Of a stretch of DNA of 64,000 bases, positions 50,971 through 61,732 are shown one piece after another. The number at the start of each line of letters is the position of its first letter. Positions within the stretch are counted from its first letter, which is position 1. The notes below the pieces were generated by a model. It made no database searches and was not told the DNA's origin. It worked only from the letters and a program-made list of their open reading frames with translations. This DNA comes from Scyliorhinus canicula (taxonomy: Eukaryota), in the NCBI RefSeq assembly GCF_902713615.1, contig NC_052169.1, forward strand, positions 17,628,439 through 17,692,438, written 5' to 3'. The position numbers and the translations under genes were made by a program.

Positions 50971-51589
50971 GGGCGGGATTCTCCAACGGGTCGGAGAATC
51001 GCTGGGAGGGGGGGGGGGGGGGTCAGCGTGAGTGCCGCTCCGACGCTGGCTGCCGAATTCTCCGCTGCCGGCTTTCGGGCGGGGGCGGGAATCACGCCAT
51101 GCCAGTTGGGGGCCGTTGGCAGCCCCCCCCCCCCCCGGCAACTCTCCGGGCCCCGATGGGCCGAGCGGCCACCCATTTTCGGCTAGTCCCGCCGGCGTGA
51201 AATAGACATGGTCCATCCCGACAGGACCTGGCTTGGAGGGCAGCTAGCGGAGTCCTCGGGGGTGGGGTTACCGGGTCCCACCGATCTGCGGGCGGGCCTG
51301 TGCCATGGGGGCATTCTTTCCCTCCGTGCCGGCCTCTGTAAGGCTCAGCCATGGCCGGCGTGGAGAAGAAACCCCCTGCGCACGCGATGGAAATACGCCG
51401 ACAGTTCTGCGCATGCGCCAACTCGCGCCAGCCCACGGCGGCCCTTCGGCGCCGGTTGGCACGCCGTCGGCCTAGCCCCTGGAAGTGCGGAGGATTCCTC
51501 AACTTCCGGCCGGCCCGACGCCAGAGAGGTTCGCGCTGCTCTTGCCGCCGGCGTCGGGCCGTCCCGCCAATTGCGGGAGAATCCCAGCC
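50971..51589. mobile_element. GC-rich MITE
   Basis: GGGCGGGATTCTCC ... GGAGAATCCCAGCC, flanked by GAG on both sides. Confidence 0.8.
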
Positions 51590-51641
51590 GAGGAATTTGT
51601 GAGGGGCGCTATTTAAATTAAGGTTTGTTTTTTATTTTCAG

Positions 51642-51764
51642 ACATGTGCAGCAGGGGCCCTATTGGTGGACGACCCGGTCCTATGAAGTGGGTTGAGGAC
51701 AGTTACTGGAAGCTCAAACCAACGTCGAAAACTCAGTCTGACAAAGCCGTGGAGCAGTTTTATA
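51642..51764 (+). CDS. LRRC61: LRRC61-like exon 8 (DMCSRGPIGGRPGPMKWVEDSYWKLKPTSKTQSDKAVEQFY)
   Basis: TTTTCAG/GTAAGG boundaries, WVExxYW motif, phase 1/1. Confidence 0.88.
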
Positions 51765-51912
51765 GTAAGGGTTACTGTTTTTGCTCCTGTGCAATTTGGT
51801 GTTGGAGCATCTGATTCCATTTTAAATGTCGTTCAGCACAGTATCCTTCTTAAAAGATCAAATATTTTGTGGACTGATTCTGACTGGACCTTTCCTTATT
51901 TTTGTCACACAG

Positions 51913-51998
51913 ATATTTTGAAAGAATGCAGGGAGCTCAACAATAAGGCTGCTGATATCATAGCAAACACAGAAAGGAACATCAGCAATGTAAAGTAA
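51913..51998 (+). CDS. LRRC61: LRRC61-like terminal exon 9 (NILKECRELNNKAADIIANTERNISNVK*)
   Basis: CAG acceptor, TAA stop; the nine exons sum to 759 nt = 252 aa with no internal stop. Confidence 0.88.
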
Positions 51999-52613
51999 CT
52001 GGGCACCACAGACAATAGGCGCAGTTACTTACAGAAACTCAAGGAATACTGAAACAAAATTCTACGATTCTATGGTTCTAACTGATAATACTGTCGTCTT
52101 CTCAACGAAACCGGATTTATTTTTTTAAATGAAGGAATCCCTATCGAAACCAAAGAAGGGGATGTGGGTCGTTTTCTGTAGAAATCTTTAGGTGTGGTAG
52201 TTCACAGGGGCCTGTCTCCTCACCATGCCCTATACTTGCGGAGTGGTGCATCTCAAGCTACCTGTAACCCTTTTGTCCCTCTCTAATGCAGAGGAATGCC
52301 TATGGTCCTTTGTGGACTATGGTTGATTACTTATGGGTGGGATATATGCTTGCCAAAAAGACATCAAAATAGCAGCACCATGTGAACCAGGAAATACGTC
52401 CAACCTGCACGGAATTAAATCTGTTTGTCTACCTCACTTGCTGCAGACAGGATTGTGTGTTTGAGATTCACACTATCTAGACCCTTTCACTGTAACTTCA
52501 CTTTTTATTCCAAGCCATTTAGTCCGAAGAATGCTCTTTTTCCCCCGATATTTTGAGGTTTGGCAATTAATTTAGCTGGAATGAATCATTCACGTTTATA
52601 CCTGTTGTGATAA

Positions 52614-52619
52614 AATAAA
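52614..52619 (+). terminator. Candidate polyadenylation signal of LRRC61-like
   Basis: AATAAA about 600 nt after the stop, followed by T/GT-rich sequence. Confidence 0.5.
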
Positions 52620-53359
52620 CAATGATTTGTAGCATGTCTGCCTCTTGTGATTTATTTTGAAATACAAGATCCATTTTGGACTGCACTGTGTTTCCTGCCA
52701 TCGCAAAATGGCCGCACAAGATGGCTGCCGGTACCCATCTGCACGTGCACACTGGTTCACACACGTTCTGTTCTGTGGGGAAGGGGGGAGGCGGTGTGTG
52801 AAGTAAATGACAAACTGTTTTTAGCTATTGAAAGTGCACGCCTGCAAAATACAGTCTTTGAGAGCAGTGGAGCTTCATGTCTGGGTGTGTTTGAAGTTTA
52901 AGATGTTTTTGTGAGTATTTGACAAAAGACGAACAAGGGCGCAGCTCTTAAGAGAGAATAGACAACCTAACCCTTCGCTTTGGGTAAAGAGCTTCATCTA
53001 AAACTTGTGAAATGCTTCTTCAACCCTGTTTTTAACCACCGTCAGAGTATGGTTAGATTGTTTCCTGAAGTTCAGAATGTCTCAAAGCATTTTTTGCTTT
53101 GCAAAAATATACTTAATTCGTAAAATATCTGAAAGAACATTACAAACATTTCAAAATGGCCGTCACACAAAGTGCAATAATATTCAGGTTTTCTGCATCG
53201 ATCATGTTGCACTTTGAGGTGTTTCAATATAGTCAAAAGAACATTACAGACCTTTCAAAGTATTGATTCTTTGCAAACTGGCTTCTCAACCCGAATCTTA
53301 TTTTAAACAAAGGTTCTGTACAAACTGACACGCCACTTCCTCTCCTGGCTTGCTTGCTA

Positions 53360-53530
53360 GGGGCTGGTTTAGTTCACCCGGCTAAATCGCTGGCTTTTAA
53401 AGCAGGCCAGCAGCACGGTTCGATTCCCGTACCAGCCTCCCCGGACAGGTGCCAGAATGTGGCGACTAGGGGCTTTTCACAGTAACTTAATTGAAGCCTA
53501 CTCGTGACAATAAGCGATTTTCATTTCATT
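53360..53530 (+). mobile_element. Short SINE with a different tRNA-like head (GGGGCTGGTTTAG) and the shared GTGACAATAA tail
   Basis: Copies at 6516-6700 (+), 36731-36903 (-), 14226-14332 (-, partial). Confidence 0.8.
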
Positions 53531-54084
53531 GAGATAAAGGCTGACATTTAATTAACCTTCCTGTTTACTCTTTGTCTATTACTTTTAAATAACCTGTCTG
53601 ATTGAACAGCCAAGTCCCATTCGCTCCTCTCATTCTAAATATATTCTGGTTTTGTTGTCTTGAAAACAAAATGGATGACTTCACACTACCCCACATCGAG
53701 CTCCACCAGTCACAGTTTAACCCACTCATTAAACCTTTCTCTGTCCCTTTGTATATAGATTAGAATATGTGGGGGGAGAGTGATAAGTAAGTTTACGAAT
53801 GACACCAAGATTGGCAGATGGTTAATAGTGAGGACGAAGGTCTTGGGAAGCAGGAAGCTACAGAAGGGCTGGTTAGATGAGCAGATCATGGCCTTTGGAA
53901 TATACAACAGAAGGAGTGCAGAAGGAGGCCATTCGGCCTATCAAGTCTGCACTGACCTCCTTAAGCCCTTACTTCCACCCTATCCCCGTAACCCAATCAC
54001 CCCTCCTAACCTTTTTTGGACATTAAGGGCAATTTAGCATGGCCAATCCACCTAGCCTGCACGTCTTTGGACTGTGGGAGGAAA

Positions 54085-54860
54085 TAGAGATAGAGAATCT
54101 GGTGAACTGGTGTGACAACAATAATCTCTCCCTCAATGTCAACAAACAAAGGAAATTTTCATCAACTCAGGAAGCGTAGTGGAGAACATGCCCCTGTCGA
54201 CATCAATGGGAACAAAGTAGAAAGGGTCGAGAGCTTCAAGTTTTTAGGTGTCCAGATCACCAACAACTTGTCCTGGCCCCCCCCCCCATGCCGACACTAT
54301 AGTTAAGAAAGCCCACTAACGACTCTACTTTCTCAGACGACTAAAGAAATTTGGCATGTCAGCTACGACCCTCACCAACTTCTACAGATGCACCATAGAA
54401 AGCATTCTTTCTGGTTGTATCGCAGTTAGTATGGAGCCTGCTCTGCCCAAGACCGCAGGAAACTACAAAAGGCCGTGAATGTAGCCCAGTCCATCACGCA
54501 AACCAACCTCCCAGCCATTGACTCTATCTATAATTCCCGCTGCCTCAGAAAGGCAGCCAGCATAATTAAGGACCCCTCGCACCCTGGACATACTCTCTTC
54601 CACCTCCTCCCATCAGGAAAAAGATACCAAAGTTTGAGGTCACGTACCAACCGACTCGAGAACAGCTTCTTCCCTACTGCCATCAGACTTTTGAATGGAC
54701 CTACCTCGTATTAAGTTGATCTTTTCTCGACACCCTGCTATAACTGTAACATATTCTGCAGTCTCTTTCCTTCCCAATGTACGGTATGCATTTTTGTACA
54801 GCATGCAAGAAATAATACTTTTCACTATATACCAATACATGTGACAATAATAAATCAAAG
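54085..54860 (+). mobile_element. Rex1/Babar-type LINE 3' fragment
   Basis: WCDNNNLSLNV, VESFKFLGV, RLYFLRRLKKF, FYRCTIESIL; tail GTGACAATAA; tail-only copies at 912-1072 and 20165-20270. Confidence 0.8.
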
Positions 54861-54942
54861 AGAGTTAGAGAAAGAAAACCTTTTTCACCCAAAGGGTGAT
54901 GAGAATCTAGAATGCACTGCCTGACAGGGTCGTAGAGGCGGG

Positions 54943-56134
54943 TGTCATATGAGAGTACCTTTAAGAAATGGCACTTTATAAAATAGCTGTAGTGGATGTA
55001 GCTTTAAGAAATGGGTGTTTATCAGTGATGGCAGAGTGTGGGTGGAGCTGGGCTGTCTGTCTGCTTTTACTTTTACTTTCGGCTTGCAGCTACAGGGTAT
55101 GTTTTAATTTTGTTTTAGGTTTGGAGCCACAGCAGGATGTGTGTGAATCTCTGCAAGCTTATGAATGTTTAGTTGGTGATTTCGAAGTGGTAACTGTTCT
55201 CAGTAGTGAAGTTAAACCTGCGGGGCGGGCAGTACCGGCGCTGAGGAGTGGCATGAACAACTCAGGCGTCGGGCTGCCCGGAAGGTGAGGAATCCCCCGC
55301 ACTTTCAGGTGCCAGGCCGGCGCCGGTGGGGTTGGTGCCGCGCTTGCCAGCGCCGAAGGGCCTCCGCCGGTCGGTGTGAGTTGGCGCATACGCGGGAGCG
55401 TCAGCGTGTGCTGACATCATCCCAGCGCATGCGCAGGGGTGTTCTTCCCTGCGCCGGCCATGGCGGACCATTACACCGGCCAGCGCGGAGGGAAAGAGTG
55501 CCCCCACGACACAGGCCCACCCGCGGATCGGTGGGCCCCGATCACGGGCCAGACCACCGTAGGGGCCTCCCTGGGGCCAGATCCCACCGAGCCCCCCCCC
55601 CCCCCCCCCATCCCCCATGGACTCCGGGGGCTGCCCGCAGAGCCATGTCCCGCCAGTACGGACCCTGTGTATTTTACGCCGGCAGGACCCACTGAAAACG
55701 GGCGGCCACGCGGCCCATCGCGGGCTGGAGAATCGCCGGGGGGGGGGGGGGGGCCTGCTGCCAATGGCCCCCCGAATGGAGCAGCGCGATTCCCGCCCCC
55801 GCTGAATGACCAGCAGGGGCTCGGAGAATCCCGCCCGATGTCTTTCTGTAAAGAGGGTTCTTTTTGAAAGATTGAGTTACTTAGGGAGTACTGTATTCTT
55901 TGGGGAATTTATTGGTATTGATAGTTGTTAAGATGTTTACTGTGGGTTTATAAACTGGCTTGTTAACTGGCTTCATTTACAAACATTGTTTTAATTTAAA
56001 AGTACTGTAGATTTCTGTTGCATCACACCTGCAGAGCAGGCCTGTGTGCTCCCCATAACCACAATCTATTGAAAGTTGTGGGTCAGGTGAACTCCATGAT
56101 ACACTTTGGGTTCTCTAAACCTTGGCACATAACA
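54943..56134 (+). mobile_element. Solo LTR with internal MITE insertion (orientation arbitrary)
   Basis: TGTCAT...ATAACA termini; 5-bp TSD GCGGG; interrupts a CR1 3' fragment. Confidence 0.88.
55221..55836. mobile_element. GC-rich MITE inside a solo LTR
   Basis: Ends GGAGAATCCCGCCC. Confidence 0.75.
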
Positions 56135-56307
56135 GCGGGAAACCTCACAACTTTTAAGATGTATGTGGCTGAGCACTTGAAATGTTGATGGCGCAAATCA
56201 TCATGAATGACTATGGTTTAGTGGCCATTACTAAAACATGATTAAAGGATGGTCACGACTTGGAGTTAAATATCCGAGGGTATCAAACTATTCAGAAGGA
56301 CAGAGTG

Positions 56308-57027
56308 CCCACGTGCCAGATCATCGACATGGATACCACCATTACACATGAGAACACCACCCACCAGGTACGTGGGACATACTCGTGCAACTCGGCCAAC
56401 GTTGTCTCCCTCATACGCTGCAGGAAAGGATGTCCCGAAGTATGGTACATTGGCGAGACCATGCAGACGCTGCGACAACGGATGAACGGACATTGCACGA
56501 CAATCGCCAGGCAGGAATGTTCCCTTCCAGTCAGGGAACATTTCAGCAGTCAAGGGCATTCAGCCTCTGATCTCCGGGTAAGCGTTCTCCAAGGCGGCCT
56601 TCAGGACGCGCGACAACGCAGAATCACCGAGCAGAAACTTATAGCTAAGTTCCGCACGCATGAGTGCGGCCTCAACCGGGACCGAGGATTCATGTCGCAT
56701 TACATTCATCTCCCACCATCTGGCCTGGGTTTACGAAATCGTACCAACTGTCCTGGCTTGAGACAATTCACACCGCTTTAACCTGGGGTTACCCCTACCT
56801 CTGGATCTGTAATGATTTAATTATCTGCAAATGCTCGCATTCTAAGCATTGTCTGGCATCTTTGAATTTGTCTGCATATATGTTTCTGGAACATACCTCT
56901 TCATTCACCTGAGGAAGGAGCAGTGCTCTGAAAGCTAGTGTTTGAAACAAACATGTTGGACTTTAACCTGGTGTTGTAAGACTTCTTACTGTGCTCACCC
57001 CAGTCCAACGCCGGCATCTCCACATCT
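56308..57027 (+). mobile_element. Second Penelope-like family fragment (GIY-YIG plus terminal repeat)
   Basis: NVVSLIRCRKGCPEVWYIGETMQTLRQRMNGH...EQKLIAKFRTHECGLN; terminus repeated inverted at 20381-20484. Confidence 0.9.
56906..56940 (+). ncRNA. Minimal type I hammerhead ribozyme motif with canonical core
   Basis: CAC-CTGAGGA-A-GGAGC AGT GCTCT-GAAA-GCT-A-GTG. Confidence 0.72.
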
Positions 57028-57404
57028 CAGTGACAGTGGGTGGGGTCAGGTGTCTCTGAGTGGCAGGGGCAGGGCCCATGTCAGTGACAGTATAAAGTAT
57101 AATAATCTTTATTGTCACAAGTAGGCTTACATTGACACTGAAAATTAAGTTACTGTGAAAATCTCCTAGTCACCACATTCCGGCGCCTGTTCGGGTACAC
57201 TGAGGAAGAATTCAGAATGTCCAATCCACATAACAAGCACGGATTTCGGGACTTGTGGGAGGAAACCGGAGCACCCGGAGGAAACCCACGCAGACACGGG
57301 GAGAATGTGCAGACTCCACACAGACAGTGACCCAGCGGGGAATCGAACCTGGGTCCCTGGTGCTGTGAAGCAACAGTGCTAACCGCTGTGCTACTGTGCC
57401 ACCC

Positions 57405-58107
57405 AGTGGGGATGGGGGTCAGGTGACTCTGACTGACAGGGGGCGGGCTCAATGTCTCTGAGTGACAGGAGGCGGGGTCAATGTCTCTGAGTGACAGGGG
57501 GCAATGTCTCTGAGTGACAGGGGGAGGGGTCAATGTCTCTGAGTGACAGGGGAGGGTTCAATGTCTGAGTGACAGGGGGCGGGGTCAATGTCTCTGAGTG
57601 ATGGGGCGGGGTCAATGTCTCTGAGTGACAGGGGGCGGGGTCAATGGCTCTGAGTGACAGGGGGCGGAGTCAATGTATCTGAGTGACAGGAGGCAGGGTC
57701 AATGTCTCTGAGTGACAGGGGGGCAATGTCTCTGAGTGACGGGGGAGGGCTCAATGTCTGAGTGACAGGGGGTTGGGTCAATGTCTGAGCGACAGGGGGC
57801 GGGGTCAATGTCTCTAAGTGACAGGGGGCGGGGTCACTGTCTCTGAGTGACAGGGGGAGGGGTCAATATCTCTGAGTGACAGGGGGAGGGGTCAATGTCT
57901 CTGAGTGACAGGGGAGGGCTCAATGTCTGAGTAACAGGGGATGGGGTCAGTGTCTGAGTGACAGGGGGTGGGGTCAATTTCTGAGTGACAGGGGGTGGGG
58001 TCAATTTCTGAGTGACAGGGGGCGGGGTCAATTTCTGAGTGACAGGGGATGGGGTCAATCTCTGAGTGACAGGGGGCGGGGTCAATGTTTCAGTGACAGG
58101 GGCGGGG
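57405..58107. repeat. 27-29-bp minisatellite TCTCTGAGTGACAGGGGGCGGGGTCAATG, ~24 copies
   Basis: Seen directly; merges into the IDH3A promoter. Confidence 0.93.
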
Positions 58108-58340
58108 CTTGGGTGTTAGTGTTTGCTGATGTCCGTCGGGATGATTGACATGAGCCGGGGCCTGTAGGCATTCAGGGGGCGGGACATTCCTGAGGAATCT
58201 GTGATTGGCAGGGATCTGGACCAATGGTATTAGAGTGGGCGGTCCCTGGGCTGACGGGTGGCTTTGATTGGTGAGAAGGCGGGTTCTATGGTAACCGGAG
58301 GAGGGCGTGGAGCTGCGGGTCAAGGTCCTGCAGCGGGAAG
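58090..58340 (+). promoter_or_regulatory. IDH3A TATA-less promoter with GC boxes and CCAAT boxes
   Basis: GGGGCGGGGC ~58099, GGGGCGGG ~58176, GGGCGG ~58237; ATTGG ~58204 and ~58268, CCAAT ~58221. Confidence 0.7.
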
Positions 58341-58367
58341 ATGGCAGCGGGTTTGTGGAGGAGAGCG
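58341..58367 (+). CDS. IDH3A: Isocitrate dehydrogenase 3 alpha coding exon 1 (MAAGLWRRA)
   Basis: AAGATGG Kozak, 27-nt exon, GTGAGG donor, CpG-rich promoter; same size as the mammalian coding exon 1 as I recall it. Confidence 0.85.
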
Positions 58368-58589
58368 GTGAGGAGAACCGGGGGTAGTGAGAGAGGGGAG
58401 GCCGGCAGCGGCCCAGGCCTGGGGGGCCTCGGGCTTCAGCTCCGCGGTGGGCGAGGGAGGCCGGGAGCCGCCGGCTCCACATGGACCCGGGCGGACGGAA
58501 GGGGCTGAGGGAGATGGGAGCGGATTGGCAGCGAGCCCCGGGCCGGGGTGTGTGTGGGAGGGGGGTGTTTGGGGCATCGGGGGAAAGGG

Positions 58590-60040
58590 GTGTGTTTGAT
58601 GGGTGGGGGGGTGGGGGGGGGGAAGGGGGATGTTTGATGGGTGGGGGATGGGTGAGGGTGGGGGAAGGGGGTTGTTTGATGGGTGGGGGAAGGGAAGGGG
58701 ATGGGTGGGGGGAGGGGGTTGTTTGATGGGTGGGGGGAGGGGGTTGTTTGATGGGTGGGGGAAGGGGGGTTGTTTGATGGTGGGGGAAGGGGGGTGTTTG
58801 ATGGGTGGGGGAAGGGGGGTGTTTGATGGGTGGGGGAAGGGGGGTGTTTGATGGGTGGGGGAAGGGGGGTGTTTGATGGGTGGGGGAAGGGGGGTGTTTG
58901 ATGGGTGGGGGAGGGGGGGTGTTTGATGGGTGGGAGAAGGGGGGTGTTTGATGGGTGGGGGAAGGGGGGTGTATGATGGGTGGGGGAAGGGGGGGTGTAT
59001 GATGGGTGGGGGAAGGGGGGTGTATGATGGGTGGGGGAAGGGGGTGTTTGATGGGTGGGGGAAGGGGGTATTTGATGGGTGGGGGAAGGGGGTGTTTGAT
59101 GGGTGGGGAAGGGGGGTGTTTGATGGGTGGGGGAAGGGGGGTGTTTGATGGGTGGGGGAAGGGGGGTGTTTGATGGGTGGGGGAAGGGGGGTGTTTGATG
59201 GGTGGGGAAGGGGGGTGTTTGATGGGTGGGGAAGGGGGGTGTTTGATGGGTGGGGAAGGGGGGTGTTTGATGGGTGGGGGAAGGGGGGTGTTTGATGGGT
59301 GGGGGAAGGGGGGTGTTTGATGGGTGGGGGAAGGGGGGTGTTTGATGGGTGGGGGAAGGGGGGTGTTTGATGGGTGGGGAAGGGGGTGTTTGATGGGTGG
59401 GGGAAGGGGGGTGTTTGATGGGTGGGGGAAGGGGGGTGTTTGATGGGTGGGGGAAGGGGGGTGTTTGATGGGTGGGGGAAGTGGGGTGTTTGATGGGTGG
59501 GGGAAGTGGGGTGTTTGATGGGTGGGGAAGTGGGGTGTTTGATGGGTGGGGAAGTGGGGTGTTTGATGGGTGGGGGAAGGGGGATGGGTGAGGGTGGGGG
59601 AAGGGGTTGGGTGAGGGTGGGGGAAGGGGGTTGGGTGAGGGTGGGGGAAGGGGGTTGTTTGACGGGTGGGGGAAGGGGGGTGTTTGACGGGTGGGGGAAG
59701 GGGGGTGTTTGATGGGTGAGGGTGGGGGAAAGGGGGGTGTTTGATGGGTGAGGGTGGGGGAAAGGGGGATGTTTGATGGGTGAGGGTGGGAGAAGGGGGG
59801 TGTTTGATGGGTGAGGGTGGGGAAGGGGGGTATTTGATGGGTGAGGGTGGGGGGAAAGGGGGTGTTTGATGGGTGAGGGTGGGGGGAAAGGGGGTGTTTG
59901 ATGGGGAGAAAAGGGGGTGTTTGATGGGTGAGTGGGGGAAAAGGGGGTGTTTGATGGGTGAGGGGGAGGCTAGGGAGTGTTTGATGGGTGAGTGAGGCTG
60001 GGGGGGAAGAGGGGTGTTTGATTGATGGGTGAGGGAGGGG
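58590..60040. repeat. ~25-bp G-rich minisatellite TGTTTGATGGGTGGGGGAAGGGGGG, ~55 copies, in IDH3A intron 1
   Basis: Seen directly. Confidence 0.95.
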
Positions 60041-60109
60041 GGTGGTGAGGGAGGACATTGGTGGAGCACGGGAAGATGTGCTGACCTTTCTCCCTTTCTG
60101 TTCCCTCAG

Positions 60110-60169
60110 GTTTGTCGTGTGTTGGGAGCAGTGAAGAGTCCCGGCCCTGTCTCCAGGCGCCTGTCTGAT
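60110..60169 (+). CDS. IDH3A: IDH3A exon 2 (VCRVLGAVKSPGPVSRRLSD, mitochondrial transit peptide)
   Basis: Branch point, pyrimidine tract and CAG acceptor; GTTAGT donor in phase 0; resembles VSRLLGAF. Confidence 0.78.
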
Positions 60170-61113
60170 GTTAGTATGCCAGCTCAGGGTAACCTCTTCA
60201 CACACAAGTACACACATCCACTGCTCCTCGGGCTGCTCTGTGGTCTCGAGCTCTGAAATGCCCTTGTTACGGTGCAGAAGGAGGCCATTTGGCCCATCGT
60301 GTCTGTACTGGCTCTCCAAACGAGCATTGACTTGGCACCATGTCCCACCTTTCCCGTACACCTGCACATGATTTATTTTATTCAAATAGTTATCTAATGC
60401 CCTGTTGAATGCCTCAATTAAATGATGATCTACCCAGGAGCATATTTCACTAGCCTGACCCTCAGCTACCATGCCAATATAGTCCAGATGCTTCCTGCTT
60501 CACAGACCAGACTATATTATTTGAAAAAATCTTGGCAAGTGTTTCAAGGCGGTGTGCCAGCATGTTCTGCCTGCACAGGGGTCGGTCGGTTAGCTCAATT
60601 GGCTGGACGGCTGTCTGTGATAAAGAGCAATGTCCACAGCGTGGTTTCAATTCCTGTACCAGATGAGGCTATTCGTGAAGGTCCTGTCTGTTCAACCTTG
60701 CCCCTTTCCTGAGCTGTGATGACCCTTGGGTTAAATCAGTCAGTGCTCTCTAAAAAAGGGGGCGGCCAATGTTCTTGAGCACTGTGGCGACTTTTGGGTC
60801 TTTTTAAATTCATTATTAGTATGTGGGCATCGCAGGCACAGTTGCCCGTAATCACTGTGACCTGCTGAAATATAGTGAAGGAACTCCCCCAGTGTTGCTG
60901 TGTGTGGTTCTCGTGTTTTGACTCGGCAACAAAGGACAGATGAGGCAACTTGAGCAGTGAGATTGCTGCCAGCTAAATTTGAATTTGGATCTGACGTAGT
61001 CCTTGATGAGTGAGGCTGCTGACTTTCTCACTACCACTAGATCAAGCTTTGGTGTGACGACAGCTGCAGGCTGTCTATTTTTCACCATTCGACTCCAACA
61101 GGGGTATGGTGTT

Positions 61114-61732
61114 TGTTATGGGCCAGGGTTCAGAGAACCCCAAAGTGTATCATGAAGTGCACCTGACCCACAACTTTTACTAGATTGTGGTATGGGGAGC
61201 ACACGGCCCACTCTACAGGTGTGGCGCAGCAGAAATGGAAAAGTATTTTTTAAAGCAAAACAATATTTATTCTATGAACTCCAGTTAACCTTTTTAAAAC
61301 AACAGTGAACATCTTAGCAACCATTAATTCAAATACAACCCCCAAAGAATGCAACACTATGTAATCCTTTAAGATTTCCTTTTAACATCCATAAGACTTA
61401 CAGAAAAACATAACCTTTAACAGAAGCACATCAGGTTAAAGTCACTACTGAAAACATTTAGAATTCTGAATTCACCAAATGATCAAGAGATAGTCTTTTC
61501 ATTGCAGAGAGAACAGCAGTACAGCTGCTTTGTCTGACTTCAGCTCCCACACTGAAAACAAAACTAAAACACACCCTGCAGCAAACAGCCTAAAACGAAA
61601 GTAAAAAGCTGACAGGCAGCCCAGCTCCACCCACTCTCTGACATCACTGCAGTAATAAACACCCATTTCTTAAAGGTACACTCACTACAGATATTTATAT
61701 ACACGCCCATTTCTAAAAGGTACTCGTATGCC
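61114..61732 (-). mobile_element. Solo LTR related to 54943-56134, opposite orientation
   Basis: Reverse-complement similarity at both ends; 5-bp TSD GTGTT. Confidence 0.85.

Noticed and set aside
58090-60472. 659-aa and 678-aa proline-rich (extensin-like) ORFs on the minus strand
   Set aside because: Translation of the C-rich strand of the 25-bp repeat, antisense to IDH3A
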